Notes: generated by a model from the sequence alone, not told the origin. A stretch of DNA of 47,044 bases from Thermomicrobiales bacterium (GCA_037721765.1 JBBJOE010000001.1:1-47044); one strand, 5' to 3'. Shown: positions 1-10,634, counted from the first letter of the stretch. Made by a program: numbers and translations.

Positions 1-1
1 C

Positions 2-1366
2 CGGCGCGACGTGATCCGCCGGGGTGCCGCGGCCGGCGCGGGCGCCGCCGCCCTCGCTGCGGGTGGTTCCCGCCTCGCCGGTGCGCAGGGCACCCCGGTC
101 GGTACACCCGCCGGTACCCCGTCCGCGGGTGGAGCGACCGCCATGCCGGGTGGCAATACCCCGAAGGGTCCCCAGGTCGATGGCCTGGTGTTCTGGACCC
201 GGGCTAGCCCGGAAGACGCGGGCAACCCGAACACCTTCACCCAGTTGAAGCTCCGCGCCGACGCCTACACCGCCGCCATCGGCACCCCGATCGAGATCGT
301 CACGGTGCCGGACGCGGACTTCCGGCCCCGGATGTCGACCGCCGCCCCCGGCGGGGAGGGCCCGGACGCTTTCGGCCCGGTCGCGCACGACTGGATCGGG
401 GAGTTCGCCCTCCAGCAGATCGCCCTGCAGATACCGGACGGCGCCATTGAGTCGATCGAGGATTTCCTTCCGGTCAGCCTGGCCCTGTCCAGCGTCGATG
501 GCCCGCTCTACGCCGCACCGCTGTTCGCGGAGTCGGTGGCGTTGATCTACAACCGGGACCTGGTGGAAACTCCGCCGGCGACGTGGGACGAGTTGGTCAC
601 GATGTCCCAGGCCCTGACCTCGGGCGAGGTCTACGGCTTTGGGTTCCCCCTCCTTGAGCAGTATCACGAGGGCGGTTTCTTCATGGGCTTCGGCTCGTAC
701 ATCTTCAAGTACCAGGACGGCGTCTTCAACACCGAGGACATCGGGCTCAACACCCCCGAGGGGATCGAGGCGGCCAAGTTCATCCGCGACATGTACCACA
801 TGCAGATGCCGCCCATGCCAGATGTCGTGATCGACCGGGCCAACATGCACGGCGTGATCGAGGGCATGATGGAGTCGGGCCAGGTCGCCATGACGATCAA
901 CGGTCCGTGGCGCGAGAACCCGCTGACCGCCGCCGGGATCAACTACGGCGTCTCCGTGCTGCCCACCCTACCAAACGGCGAGCCGATGCGGCCGTTCATC
1001 GGCGTGCAGGGCATGCTGGTCAGCGCGTTCAGCGAGAATCAGGAGGCGGCACTAGACTTCGTCAACTTCATGACGGGGACCGATTCCGCCATCGCCCTCT
1101 TCGCCTCGGAGCAGAAGGTGCCGGCCCGGGCCAGCGCCCTGCAGAGCGAGACGGTCGCGGCCGACGAGACCATCCCGGCCTGGGCCGCACAGATCCAGCT
1201 CGGCCAGCCGATGCCGAACATCGCGGCGATGGGCCAGGTCTGGACCCCGTGGGGCGCGGCGATGGACGCCATCGTTCCGCCCAACGCCTCCGACGAGGAG
1301 GTGCAGCAGTACCTCGACGACGCGGTTGTCCAGATCCAGACCGCGATCGAGCGCACCCAGGGATAA
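2..1366 (+). CDS. Extracellular solute-binding protein of a CUT1-type sugar (maltose/maltodextrin-like) ABC transporter; 5' end probably cut by the window edge
   Basis: ORF 11..1366; its frame is open back to nt 2 (RRDVIRRGAAAGAGAAALAAG, a twin-arginine-like signal), followed by a Pro/Gly/Thr linker. The body resembles family-1 SBPs. Two MalF/MalG-type permeases and two GH13 genes follow. Confidence 0.8.
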   Translation, partial: RRDVIRRGAAAGAGAAALAAGGSRLAGAQGTPVGTPAGTPSAGGATAMPGGNTPKGPQVDGLVFWTRASPEDAGNPNTFTQLKLRADAYTAAIGTPIEIVTVPDADFRPRMSTAAPGGEGPDAFGPVAHDWIGEFALQQIALQIPDGAIESIEDFLPVSLALSSVDGPLYAAPLFAESVALIYNRDLVETPPATWDELVTMSQALTSGEVYGFGFPLLEQYHEGGFFMGFGSYIFKYQDGVFNTEDIGLNTPEGIEAAKFIRDMYHMQMPPMPDVVIDRANMHGVIEGMMESGQVAMTINGPWRENPLTAAGINYGVSVLPTLPNGEPMRPFIGVQGMLVSAFSENQEAALDFVNFMTGTDSAIALFASEQKVPARASALQSETVAADETIPAWAAQIQLGQPMPNIAAMGQVWTPWGAAMDAIVPPNASDEEVQQYLDDAVVQIQTAIERTQG

Positions 1367-1468
1367 CGTCTCCGTCACACGGACGCATCCGGAGAATGAC
1401 CACGGCGGGGAGGAGCATCGAAAGGTGCTCCTCCTGGCCACAGGCGCGTAGGCGACAGGAGGAGCGCG

Positions 1469-2440
1469 ATGGTCTCGGTCTCGGCGATCCCCTCGGACGA
1501 TCCCCGCGCACCTACCCCCGAGCCAACGCGGGCGCCCCTGCAATCGAAGTGGAAGCCGTACTGGTACATCGCCCCTGTCATCGTCTCTGCCGTACTCTTC
1601 ACCATCGTCCCGTTCCTCTACACGTTCTATATCTCGTTCACCAATTGGGGTCTCTTCAATTTCATCGAATTTGACCGTGTCGGACTCGACAACTATCGGT
1701 ACCTGTTTCAGCAGAGCGGCGAGTTTCTCCCGGTCCTGCGGTTCACCATCCTCTTCATGGTCCTCACCACCCTGATCAACGTCGGGTTCGGGTTGTTCCT
1801 CGCCCTGATGTTGAACCACCCAGGTATCCCCGAGCGCAACCTGTATCGCACCTTGCTCATCATCCCCTGGGCCCTGCCGTTCATCCTCCTCATCCAGGTC
1901 TGGACGGGTATCTTCAACAATCAGGGCCCGATCAACGAGCTTCTGATGTCCGTCGGGCTCGACAGCCAGACGTGGATTCCCCAACTGGGCGACTCGTTGT
2001 TACCACGCTCCGCGCTCTTCTTCGTCAATCTCTGGTTCACCTACCCGTTCTTCATGACCGTCGGGCTCGCCGCCCTGCAATCGATCCCGCGCGACCTCTA
2101 CGAGGTCGCCGACCTCGACGGTGCCGGGACCTGGGCGCGGTTCAAAGACATCACGGTGCCGTTCCTCGTCAGCGCCACGGTCCCGTTGCTGATCACCCAG
2201 GCGGCGTTCCAAATCAACAACGCGGGCATCATCATCCTGTTCACCGCCGGGCTCCCGGCCGGTGCTCCGGGCGCGAGCTGGGGTAAGACGGACACGCTCG
2301 CCAGTTACGCCTATGACGTCGTCTTCATCTTGCGCGACTATGGTCTCGGGGCCGCCTATGGCGTCGTCACGTTCGTCATGATCGCGGTCCTGATCATCGT
2401 CAGTTCGATCACGACGCGGTCGTTCGCGGAGGTTGACTAA
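1469..2440 (+). CDS. Sugar ABC transporter permease (MalF/CUT1 type)
   Basis: 323-aa multi-pass membrane ORF with an EAA-like loop (LQSIPRDLYEVADLDGAGTWARFKDITVP). AGGAGGAG lies upstream of ATG 1469. Positioned between the SBP and the second permease. Confidence 0.85.
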   Translation: MVSVSAIPSDDPRAPTPEPTRAPLQSKWKPYWYIAPVIVSAVLFTIVPFLYTFYISFTNWGLFNFIEFDRVGLDNYRYLFQQSGEFLPVLRFTILFMVLTTLINVGFGLFLALMLNHPGIPERNLYRTLLIIPWALPFILLIQVWTGIFNNQGPINELLMSVGLDSQTWIPQLGDSLLPRSALFFVNLWFTYPFFMTVGLAALQSIPRDLYEVADLDGAGTWARFKDITVPFLVSATVPLLITQAAFQINNAGIIILFTAGLPAGAPGASWGKTDTLASYAYDVVFILRDYGLGAAYGVVTFVMIAVLIIVSSITTRSFAEVD

Positions 2441-2441
2441 C

Positions 2442-3353
2442 ATGAGCGTGCCGACCACCGCCGGAGCGCCCACCGCCCAAGTGCTCCCGAACGTCGATCT
2501 GAAGACGGCGTCGTATGTCTCGTCCGCCCGGACCCGGCGCACGGTCGAGGCCTGGCTGATCCGGATCATCCTCTACGTCATCATCGCCGTGATGCTCTTC
2601 CCGGTCCTGTATGTCGTGCTGTACTCACTCAAGGGAGGGGGGCCGAGCCTCTACAGCGCGACGTTCATCCCCGACGTCCTCACCTTCGACAATTACCGTC
2701 GCGTCCTCGATGGGCAGTTCCCGACGTGGGTCTGGAACAGCCTCATCCTCGGCCTGTCCAGTGCGATCATCGTCGTCTTCTTCTCGACGCTCGCCGGCTA
2801 TGCGTTCTCCCGGATGCGGTTCCCGGGCCGCAAATACGGCATTCTCTCCCTGCTGATCATCCAATCGCTCCCGACGACCCTGGCTGTGACCGCGTACTTC
2901 CGGATGCTGGATCTGGTCGGGCTCTATAACACCCGCCTCGGCATGGTTCTGATCTTCGGCTTCGGCGGCAGCGCCCTCGCCGTCTGGCTGATGCGGAACT
3001 TCATGGACAGCATCCCCAAGGACCTCGACGAGGCGGCGGCCCTCGACGGTGCCAGCCAGTTCCGGATCTTCTGGACGATCATCCTTCCCCTCGTCCAGCC
3101 GATGCTCGTCGCCCAGTTCATCTTCGCGTTCATCGGCACCTACAACGAGTACATCCTGACCTCCATCCTGCTCTCTAGCCCGGACAAGTACCCGCTCGGC
3201 GTTGGCGTCCGGACCCTCTCGACCCAGTTCAATACCCAGTGGACGTTGTTCTGTGCCGCGGCGGTGCTGGGGTCGATCCCGATCCTGATCATCTTCTTCC
3301 TGGCCCAGCGCTTGCTGGTCGAGGGGCTGACGAAGGGGTCGGTCAAGGGGTAG
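2442..3353 (+). CDS. Sugar ABC transporter permease (MalG/CUT1 type)
   Basis: Membrane ORF with an EAA loop (MDSIPKDLDEAAALDGASQFRIFWTIILP). I prefer ATG 2442 (GGAGG 10 nt upstream) to the track TTG 2433. Confidence 0.85.
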   Translation: MSVPTTAGAPTAQVLPNVDLKTASYVSSARTRRTVEAWLIRIILYVIIAVMLFPVLYVVLYSLKGGGPSLYSATFIPDVLTFDNYRRVLDGQFPTWVWNSLILGLSSAIIVVFFSTLAGYAFSRMRFPGRKYGILSLLIIQSLPTTLAVTAYFRMLDLVGLYNTRLGMVLIFGFGGSALAVWLMRNFMDSIPKDLDEAAALDGASQFRIFWTIILPLVQPMLVAQFIFAFIGTYNEYILTSILLSSPDKYPLGVGVRTLSTQFNTQWTLFCAAAVLGSIPILIIFFLAQRLLVEGLTKGSVKG

Positions 3354-3396
3354 TCAGGAACCGTCCGAGTCTCGCCACTTGGGTCGCCGTTCGACG

Positions 3397-3447
3397 TGAC
3401 GCCCGGACCAGCCGGGGGACCGATTCCCCCGGCTGGTCCGGGCGTCA
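3397..3447 (+). terminator. Perfect 22-bp stem / 7-nt loop hairpin between the permease gene and the first GH13 gene
   Basis: tGACGCCCGGACCAGCCGGGGG-accgatt-CCCCCGGCTGGTCCGGGCGTCa, with arms exactly complementary. No U-tract follows. The function (terminator, attenuator or mRNA stabiliser) is not determined. Confidence 0.5.
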
Positions 3448-3467
3448 TTCGCCAGGAGCCTGTCACC

Positions 3468-4981
<1,514 letters not shown>

Positions 4982-4985
<4 letters not shown>

Positions 4986-6775
4986 CCGACCGCGTCACAT
5001 CCGACTTCATCTTCGGGACCCTGGCGACTGACGACCTTCGGCTCGAAGCCCTGCGAGGTAATCGCTCAGGCGTGGTCCACGACAACGTTTTGATTCCCGC
5101 GCGCCCAATACCTGATCAGCCGACGACCGTCGTCGTTACGGTCGGGCAGGACGTAGCGGTCATCGATATCGTTGTGCGCTTCTCATCAAACGACACAATG
5201 CCGACCGGCTCGAGGGATGTCGTCGCGTTCCAACCTGACACGGTCGAGTGGGACACGCTCGTTTGGGCCTACTCTCAGCGGTGGACCGCGACGCTGCCGG
5301 GGTTTCCTCGAGGCACCCTCGTCCGGTACGAAATCGAGGCGACCCTTGTCGATGGCTCCACTGTCGGGGCCGATCTCGACCGCTGGACCGGTCAGCCCAC
5401 CCCGTTTGCGGTACTGGTTGATGATGATCCGGACCCGGGGTGGCTGGCCGACTCCGTAATCTATAACGTTTTCGTCGACAGGTTCTCGCCCGGAGACGGT
5501 CGCCAATGGCTGTCGCCGGATGCGCTCGATGGTTTCTATGGCGGCACGATCCGTGGAGTCACGGAGAAGATTCCCTACCTCGCTGATCTCGGGATCGACT
5601 GCGTCTGGCTCTCCCCGATCTTCCCGTCTCCTTCTCACCATGGCTACGACGCGACCGACTATCTGACGATCGAACCTCGACTCGGGACGGAAGCCGATCT
5701 CGTCGAACTGATCGATACCGCGCACCGGGCCGGCATCCGGGTCGTCTTGGACTTCGTCGCCAATCATGTCTCCGATCGCCATCCATCGTTCGTCTCCGCG
5801 ACGACCGACCCGGACGCGCCGGCACGCGAGTGGTTCAGCTTCCGATCCTGGCCGGACGAGTACCGGTCGTACTTCGGACTCCGATTTCTGCCCCAGATCG
5901 ATACGACCAATGCCGCCGCCCGCGAATTCTTGTTCACTGCCGCCGAGTATTGGCTGCGGCGGGGCGTGGACGGTTTTCGGCTCGATCATGCCCACGGGCC
6001 GACCCACGCCTTCTGGGCCGAGTTCCGGGCTCGCACCCGGGCGGTCCGACCAGACTGTGTCGCCCTGGGAGAGGTGGTCGAGACCGCCGCCCTGCAACGC
6101 TCATACGCGGGTCGCATGGATGGCATGCTCGATTTCCTCTTCCTCCAGCAGATACGGGCCTTCTTCGCCTTCGAGACCGAGACGGCGGCCGCGTTGGAAA
6201 CATTCACCCAACGCCATCTCGCCTACTTCCCGCCCGGTTTCACACTGGCGACCTTCATCGACAATCACGACATGAACCGGTTCCTCTGGGTGGCCCGGGG
6301 CGATGTCGATATTCTCAAGATGGCCGCACTCTATCAGTTCACTTTGCCCCGGCCACCGATCGTCTACTACGGCACCGAGACCGGCCTCAAGCAATGGCAC
6401 GATGTCGAGTACGACGACGGGAGCCGGAAGTCGGAGGAATCTCGCGTCCCGATGGATTGGGATGGTATCGATACGTCCCTCCTCGCGTTCTACCGCGATC
6501 TGATCCGCGTGCGTCGCGAGCATCCGGGCCTCTGGGCCGGAAAGCGTCGCATACAACCTGGGACGACTGACGATTTTCTTGTTGTGGCCATCTTCTCCGA
6601 AGACGCGTCAGCCACGCTGGCGATCAATCGCGGGTCGCGACCCGAGAGACTCCGCCTTCCATCTGGAAGTAATGTGTTGTTGCATACGATGGACAACGAC
6701 CCTGGTGCCGGATGGACCGAAACGATACCGGCGAAATCTGCCGTTCTTGTCCTCCACCCCGTCGCTAGACCATAG
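4982..6775 (+). CDS. Second GH13 alpha-amylase-family glycosidase with an extra N-terminal domain of about 150 aa
   Basis: VIYNVFVDRF, GGTIRGVTEKIPYLADLGIDCVWLSPIF, GVDGFRLDHAHG, ALGEVVE, FIDNHDMNRF. ATGA overlap with the upstream GH13 stop. Confidence 0.8.
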
Positions 6776-6787
6776 ATGGCGCGGCGC

Positions 6788-7360
6788 TCATGGCCCATCG
6801 CCGTCAATGAGCGCGAAGGTGCCGGCGATGTCGTCGATCGCAACATGACCCAGCGCCGCAAGTGTCTCGATGATTTGTCCGAGCGCCGGTCGGCTGATCG
6901 GTTCGAGCGGTGCGCCAGAGGCGTCGAGACCAACGCCGAAGCCGATCCCGTGTAGTCCCGCGTGCAGTGAAAAAGGCGAGATGGGGCCGGTTCGCAGGAG
7001 AGTCATGACCCACGCCGCCAGGGGTAAGGCGACGACCCGTTCCCCGATCAGGGACGGGTCCCCGGCCGCGACCATCCCGTCGGGCGTCGGCCGATACTTC
7101 ACCCCGGACTTGTTCCTGGACGCCTCGGGATCGAAGTCCGGCTCGAAGGCGCAGGTGCCGCGCAGCGGGCAGCCGTGGCTCACGCAAGCCGGCACTTTTT
7201 GGACGATCGGCTTGGCGAGACCGAGGAGGACGATGAGGCGCGCGTCGAACCCGTCCCGGTCTCGGGCCAGGTGGCGACAGCCGATGTCGCCCGGGAGGTT
7301 CGCCAGGTGGACCCGGATGCGCTCGATCGGGGACGGGATAGCCACTGGGCCATCACACAT
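6788..7360 (-). CDS. Hypothetical 190-aa protein with a C-x4-C-x5-C cluster, translationally coupled to the helicase ORF
   Basis: Internal ATG 7360 of track ORF 6788..7540 (MCDGPVAIP...) overlaps the helicase stop in ATGTGTGA. Contains PACVSHGCPLRGTCAFEP. I recognise no family. Confidence 0.5.
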   Translation of the reverse strand: MCDGPVAIPSPIERIRVHLANLPGDIGCRHLARDRDGFDARLIVLLGLAKPIVQKVPACVSHGCPLRGTCAFEPDFDPEASRNKSGVKYRPTPDGMVAAGDPSLIGERVVALPLAAWVMTLLRTGPISPFSLHAGLHGIGFGVGLDASGAPLEPISRPALGQIIETLAALGHVAIDDIAGTFALIDGDGP

Positions 7361-8513
7361 CGTGAGCCAATCCGCCCGAGGCGATGACTTCTGCCTCGCC
7401 GTCCCCCGCCAGGCGGTCGATGGTCCCGAACAAAGCCCGGTAGCGTTCTTTGGCCGGCTCCTCCTCCACCGGCCCCGCGACGGTGAAGGTTCGCCGGTGG
7501 CCGACGATGACGAGCAGGCGACGAGCGCGGGAGAGAGCAACGTTCATCCGGCGCCAGTCGGCGTGGAGTGACCCGATCACGGCGCCGGCGTTCGCGTTGG
7601 TCAGGCTTGTGAAGATCACGTCGCGTTCGCCACCTTGGAAGCGGTCGACCGTGTCGATCCGGACCCTGTCCGCCAACGCCCCGTCGAGACGCGCCACCGC
7701 TGCCCGGATGCGATTGTTCTGTCGCCGGTAGGGGGAAATGATCCCCGTCCCCTCGACCAGAAGACTTCGCGCCTCGCCGGTCGCGTCTCGCGGTAGTTCC
7801 CTCAGCAGCGCGGCGATCAGGTCCGCCTCGCGGGGATTGTCCCGGGCATCCCCGGTGCCGCCGCTTCCGGAATCGAGGGCGTCGGGGTCGTCCGAAGTAT
7901 CGACGAAGACCACCCGCGGTCCGGCCGCCAGCGAACCCGCCCGGACCGGGATGCCCAGGGCCGAGAAGCGGTCGGCCAACCGCTGGTCCGCGACCCCCGC
8001 GTTCCCGGGCCGCAGCGCACCGGCGTAGAAGGTCTCGCTGATCAGCGCCGAGATGGGTGCCGCCATCCGGTACTGCCGGTCCAAGGTGATCAGCCGCTCG
8101 GGGTACCGGCGGACGAAGCGCTCGAAGAGGGAGGTCCGCAGGGTTTCCCCATCGGCGATTCCCAGGCGTTCGACCTCGGGCGCGTGCGTCATCGTCTGGC
8201 CGGCGGCCCGTTCCGAGACGACCGGGGGGAGCTGTTCTTGGTCCCCGACGAGGATCAGGCGACCACGATAGGCGGCCGGTAGGTGGCGCAGCGCCTGGAG
8301 TGCGGCCGGTTCCGTCGCCTGGCCGACCTCGTCGACGATCACCGTCCGGAATCGCAGGCCGCGCAACTCCGGCCGGTCGGCCCGCTCCAGCCCGTCGAAG
8401 GTCCGGGCCAGGGCCGAGAAGTAGTGGTCATAGGAGCGGACGGTCGATCCCTGACCGGGGTACCAGCGGTTCCGGTAGACGTGGGCGGTCCCGAGGGCGT
8501 CCCCGGTCTCCAC
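7353..8513 (-). CDS. SF1B (Upf1/DNA2-like, AAA_11/AAA_12-type) helicase core fragment lacking motif I/Ia; possibly a truncated gene or pseudogene
   Basis: Motif II VIVDEVGQATEP, III LILVGDQEQLPPVV, IV LDRQYRM, V DTVDRFQGGERDVIF, VI MNVALSRARRLLVIVG. No GxxxxGK[ST]. The first start is GTG 8513, and TAG 8664-8666 lies in-frame upstream. Confidence 0.7.
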   Translation of the reverse strand: METGDALGTAHVYRNRWYPGQGSTVRSYDHYFSALARTFDGLERADRPELRGLRFRTVIVDEVGQATEPAALQALRHLPAAYRGRLILVGDQEQLPPVVSERAAGQTMTHAPEVERLGIADGETLRTSLFERFVRRYPERLITLDRQYRMAAPISALISETFYAGALRPGNAGVADQRLADRFSALGIPVRAGSLAAGPRVVFVDTSDDPDALDSGSGGTGDARDNPREADLIAALLRELPRDATGEARSLLVEGTGIISPYRRQNNRIRAAVARLDGALADRVRIDTVDRFQGGERDVIFTSLTNANAGAVIGSLHADWRRMNVALSRARRLLVIVGHRRTFTVAGPVEEEPAKERYRALFGTIDRLAGDGEAEVIASGGLAHDV

Positions 8514-8884
8514 CGTCAGCCGGACCTTGATCCGCCCCTCGCGGCCCGGATCTGGCAGCCCGGTGGCCCAGACCGGGATGTCGAGCCAGACCGGAGACCC
8601 GTCCGACGCCGCCAGCGATGCCCTCGCGGAGACGATGTCGCGCGGCGCCGCGCGAGGGTCGTCCTACGGGGCAGCCATGGCGGGCTTCCCGCTCACCGGT
8701 CCACCGCCCTGGCGGGTGGAGCCGACCTGGCCCCGGGCGCGACCGGCGGCTCGTGCCACCGGCGGAAGGCAAACCGCTCGGTCGGCCCGAACGGCTCGTC
8801 ATGGCCATCTCGGGCGGCGACAACCGCGGCCACCGAGAGCAGCACGTCGCGGGGGAGCGGTGGGGCGACGGGTTCGGCCCCGGG

Positions 8885-9646
8885 CTAAGGGTTGATCCCG
8901 GCCAGCGGCGCGAATGTCGCCCGGGCGTCATCTATTAGTGCGGCCAGCGCGGGATCGACCGCGGCCTCGGGTTCGGGCCGCCGGTCCCAGACCCTGATTG
9001 CCCAGCTCATCGCCGCCTCGCCGCCCAGCTCCGGGAGGGCCAATCTTCCCCGCAGCAGGGCCCAGGCCCGCCAGGTCGCGTCATCGCTGGCGGACCCGAC
9101 CCAGTGGGCCACGAGGCGCGCGACCTCGTCGCGGTGGTGGTCCCGTTCCCCGTCCGACAGGCGATCGAGGCGCCGGATCAGGGAGTCGGCCGAGCGATCG
9201 ACCCCCCGCGGCGAGCCGCCGGGCGCCACCCTGACGACGGCACGGGCGACCCCCAACACCGCCCGGGCCGCGCTGGCCCGCTGCAGCCGGACCGGGGAGC
9301 GGGCGAACGTCGTCACCTCGGCCAGGGAGAGGCGGGCCCGATCGAACTGCCAGCGAGAGATGGCCGGGATCGCGATCTGGAGCGCCAGGTCGGCCCGGTC
9401 CTCCGACGGGTTGACGTGGGCGTCCCCGACCTTGACCATCGCGGCCTCGCGGTCGGCCGCCAGCAGTTTGGCCGCGACCTTCCTCGCCGGCCCGACCACG
9501 GTCGGGTCGCCCCCGGCGAAGCGCGCTCGGGTGATCACGAGCCGTTCCCGCCGCACGGCGTCGAGGAACGCTAACTCCGCCCCAGCGTCCCATTGGGCCG
9601 AATCGCGCCCCGGGTCATCCTGCTCGACATCGTCGCGTTCTATCAT
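8885..9646 (-). CDS. Hypothetical 253-aa Ala/Arg/Asp-rich, probably all-alpha protein
   Basis: Track ORF 8885..9781, with start moved to ATG 9646 (GAGG upstream) to avoid 5' overlap with the divergent gene. The plus-strand partner ORF is Ser/Arg-rich shadow. No motif recognised. Confidence 0.4.
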   Translation of the reverse strand: MIERDDVEQDDPGRDSAQWDAGAELAFLDAVRRERLVITRARFAGGDPTVVGPARKVAAKLLAADREAAMVKVGDAHVNPSEDRADLALQIAIPAISRWQFDRARLSLAEVTTFARSPVRLQRASAARAVLGVARAVVRVAPGGSPRGVDRSADSLIRRLDRLSDGERDHHRDEVARLVAHWVGSASDDATWRAWALLRGRLALPELGGEAAMSWAIRVWDRRPEPEAAVDPALAALIDDARATFAPLAGINP

Positions 9647-9714
9647 CACGGGGCCTCGGACCACGCCGCCACGCCCGGCGAGGTCCCGATCTTCTGGCGC
9701 GGGAGGGAACGTCG

Positions 9715-10626
9715 ATGGAGTATCCGGCACGCCCCGGATCGCCGCAAGCAAACGACGGGTCCTCTGCCGTTGGGGAGCCACGGGTCACGATCGCCCTGGC
9801 CGCCCGTGAGCCGGAGGACATCGCGGCGGTCCTGGCCGCGCTGTTCAGGACCGTCGTCCGGGACGCGCCGGCGGCGGAGGCCACCGGCGGCCCGGGCGCG
9901 GACGGCGGGGTCTTCGACGCCATCGTTGGTTCTCCGGGGCCCGGCGTCGTCCATCGCCTGGCCGGAGTGCTTGGCTCCGACCACGGACGCTCACTCTCGA
10001 TCAGCTCCCCGCCACCCGTGACCGGGATGATTCCCCGGCGCACGACCTGGGTCACGGTCCCGATGCCGGGCGAGCGGCCGGGCCGGGCAACGGTGCGGAT
10101 CGACTCTCGCCTCGCCACCCCCAGGAGGTTCATCCTCGTGTCCGACCTCGTCGATCACCCGGGGGAATCACCGCTCGCCCTCCTGTCCCGTTTCCTCCAT
10201 CCACGGGATCGACTGCGGGCCCGCATCGTGGGTGGCGACCCACTCGCCACGGTAGCGACCTTCTCGATTCGTCCCTCTCTCGTCGTCGTCATCGCTCCGA
10301 CCCCGGATGGCCAGGCGCGGGTGGCGGTCACCACCGACCCGCTGGCGGCCGAGTTGGTCGCCGTCGCGCACGGGGCACGAGGTCAGCACCATGAGGACGC
10401 ATGGGACCGGCCGGGCCCCGAGCAGCCCTGGGAGGACCCCGTCGTCCAGCGAGCCACCGCCGCCGGGCTCGGGGTCGATCACCCGTCCCAGTTGGCGCTC
10501 GTCGAGGTGACCCAGGCAGGCATGAACGATGTCTCCGGAGTCCTGTCGCGCCCGTCGGAATGGGTCGTCGAACTCGCGATGAGACTTGGCACCCATGCCG
10601 CGACCGTCGCCACGCCGGCCGTCTGA
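9715..10626 (+). CDS. Hypothetical protein, weak resemblance to the DUF362 family
   Basis: Strong [12 protein letters not shown] 6 nt before ATG 9715. The C-terminal stretch VAVTTDPLAAELVAVAHGARG...DPVVQRATAAGLGVDHPSQLALVEV resembles the DUF362 C-terminal consensus from memory only. Confidence 0.4.
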   Translation: MEYPARPGSPQANDGSSAVGEPRVTIALAAREPEDIAAVLAALFRTVVRDAPAAEATGGPGADGGVFDAIVGSPGPGVVHRLAGVLGSDHGRSLSISSPPPVTGMIPRRTTWVTVPMPGERPGRATVRIDSRLATPRRFILVSDLVDHPGESPLALLSRFLHPRDRLRARIVGGDPLATVATFSIRPSLVVVIAPTPDGQARVAVTTDPLAAELVAVAHGARGQHHEDAWDRPGPEQPWEDPVVQRATAAGLGVDHPSQLALVEVTQAGMNDVSGVLSRPSEWVVELAMRLGTHAATVATPAV

Positions 10627-10634
10627 CCCGTCCC

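Noticed and set aside
8682-8708. GGGPVSGKP read as a functional Walker A for the helicase.
   Set aside because: Pro replaces the essential Ser/Thr and no hydrophobic beta-strand precedes it. It is followed 5 codons later by TAG, and there is no start codon to express it. At best it is a relic.
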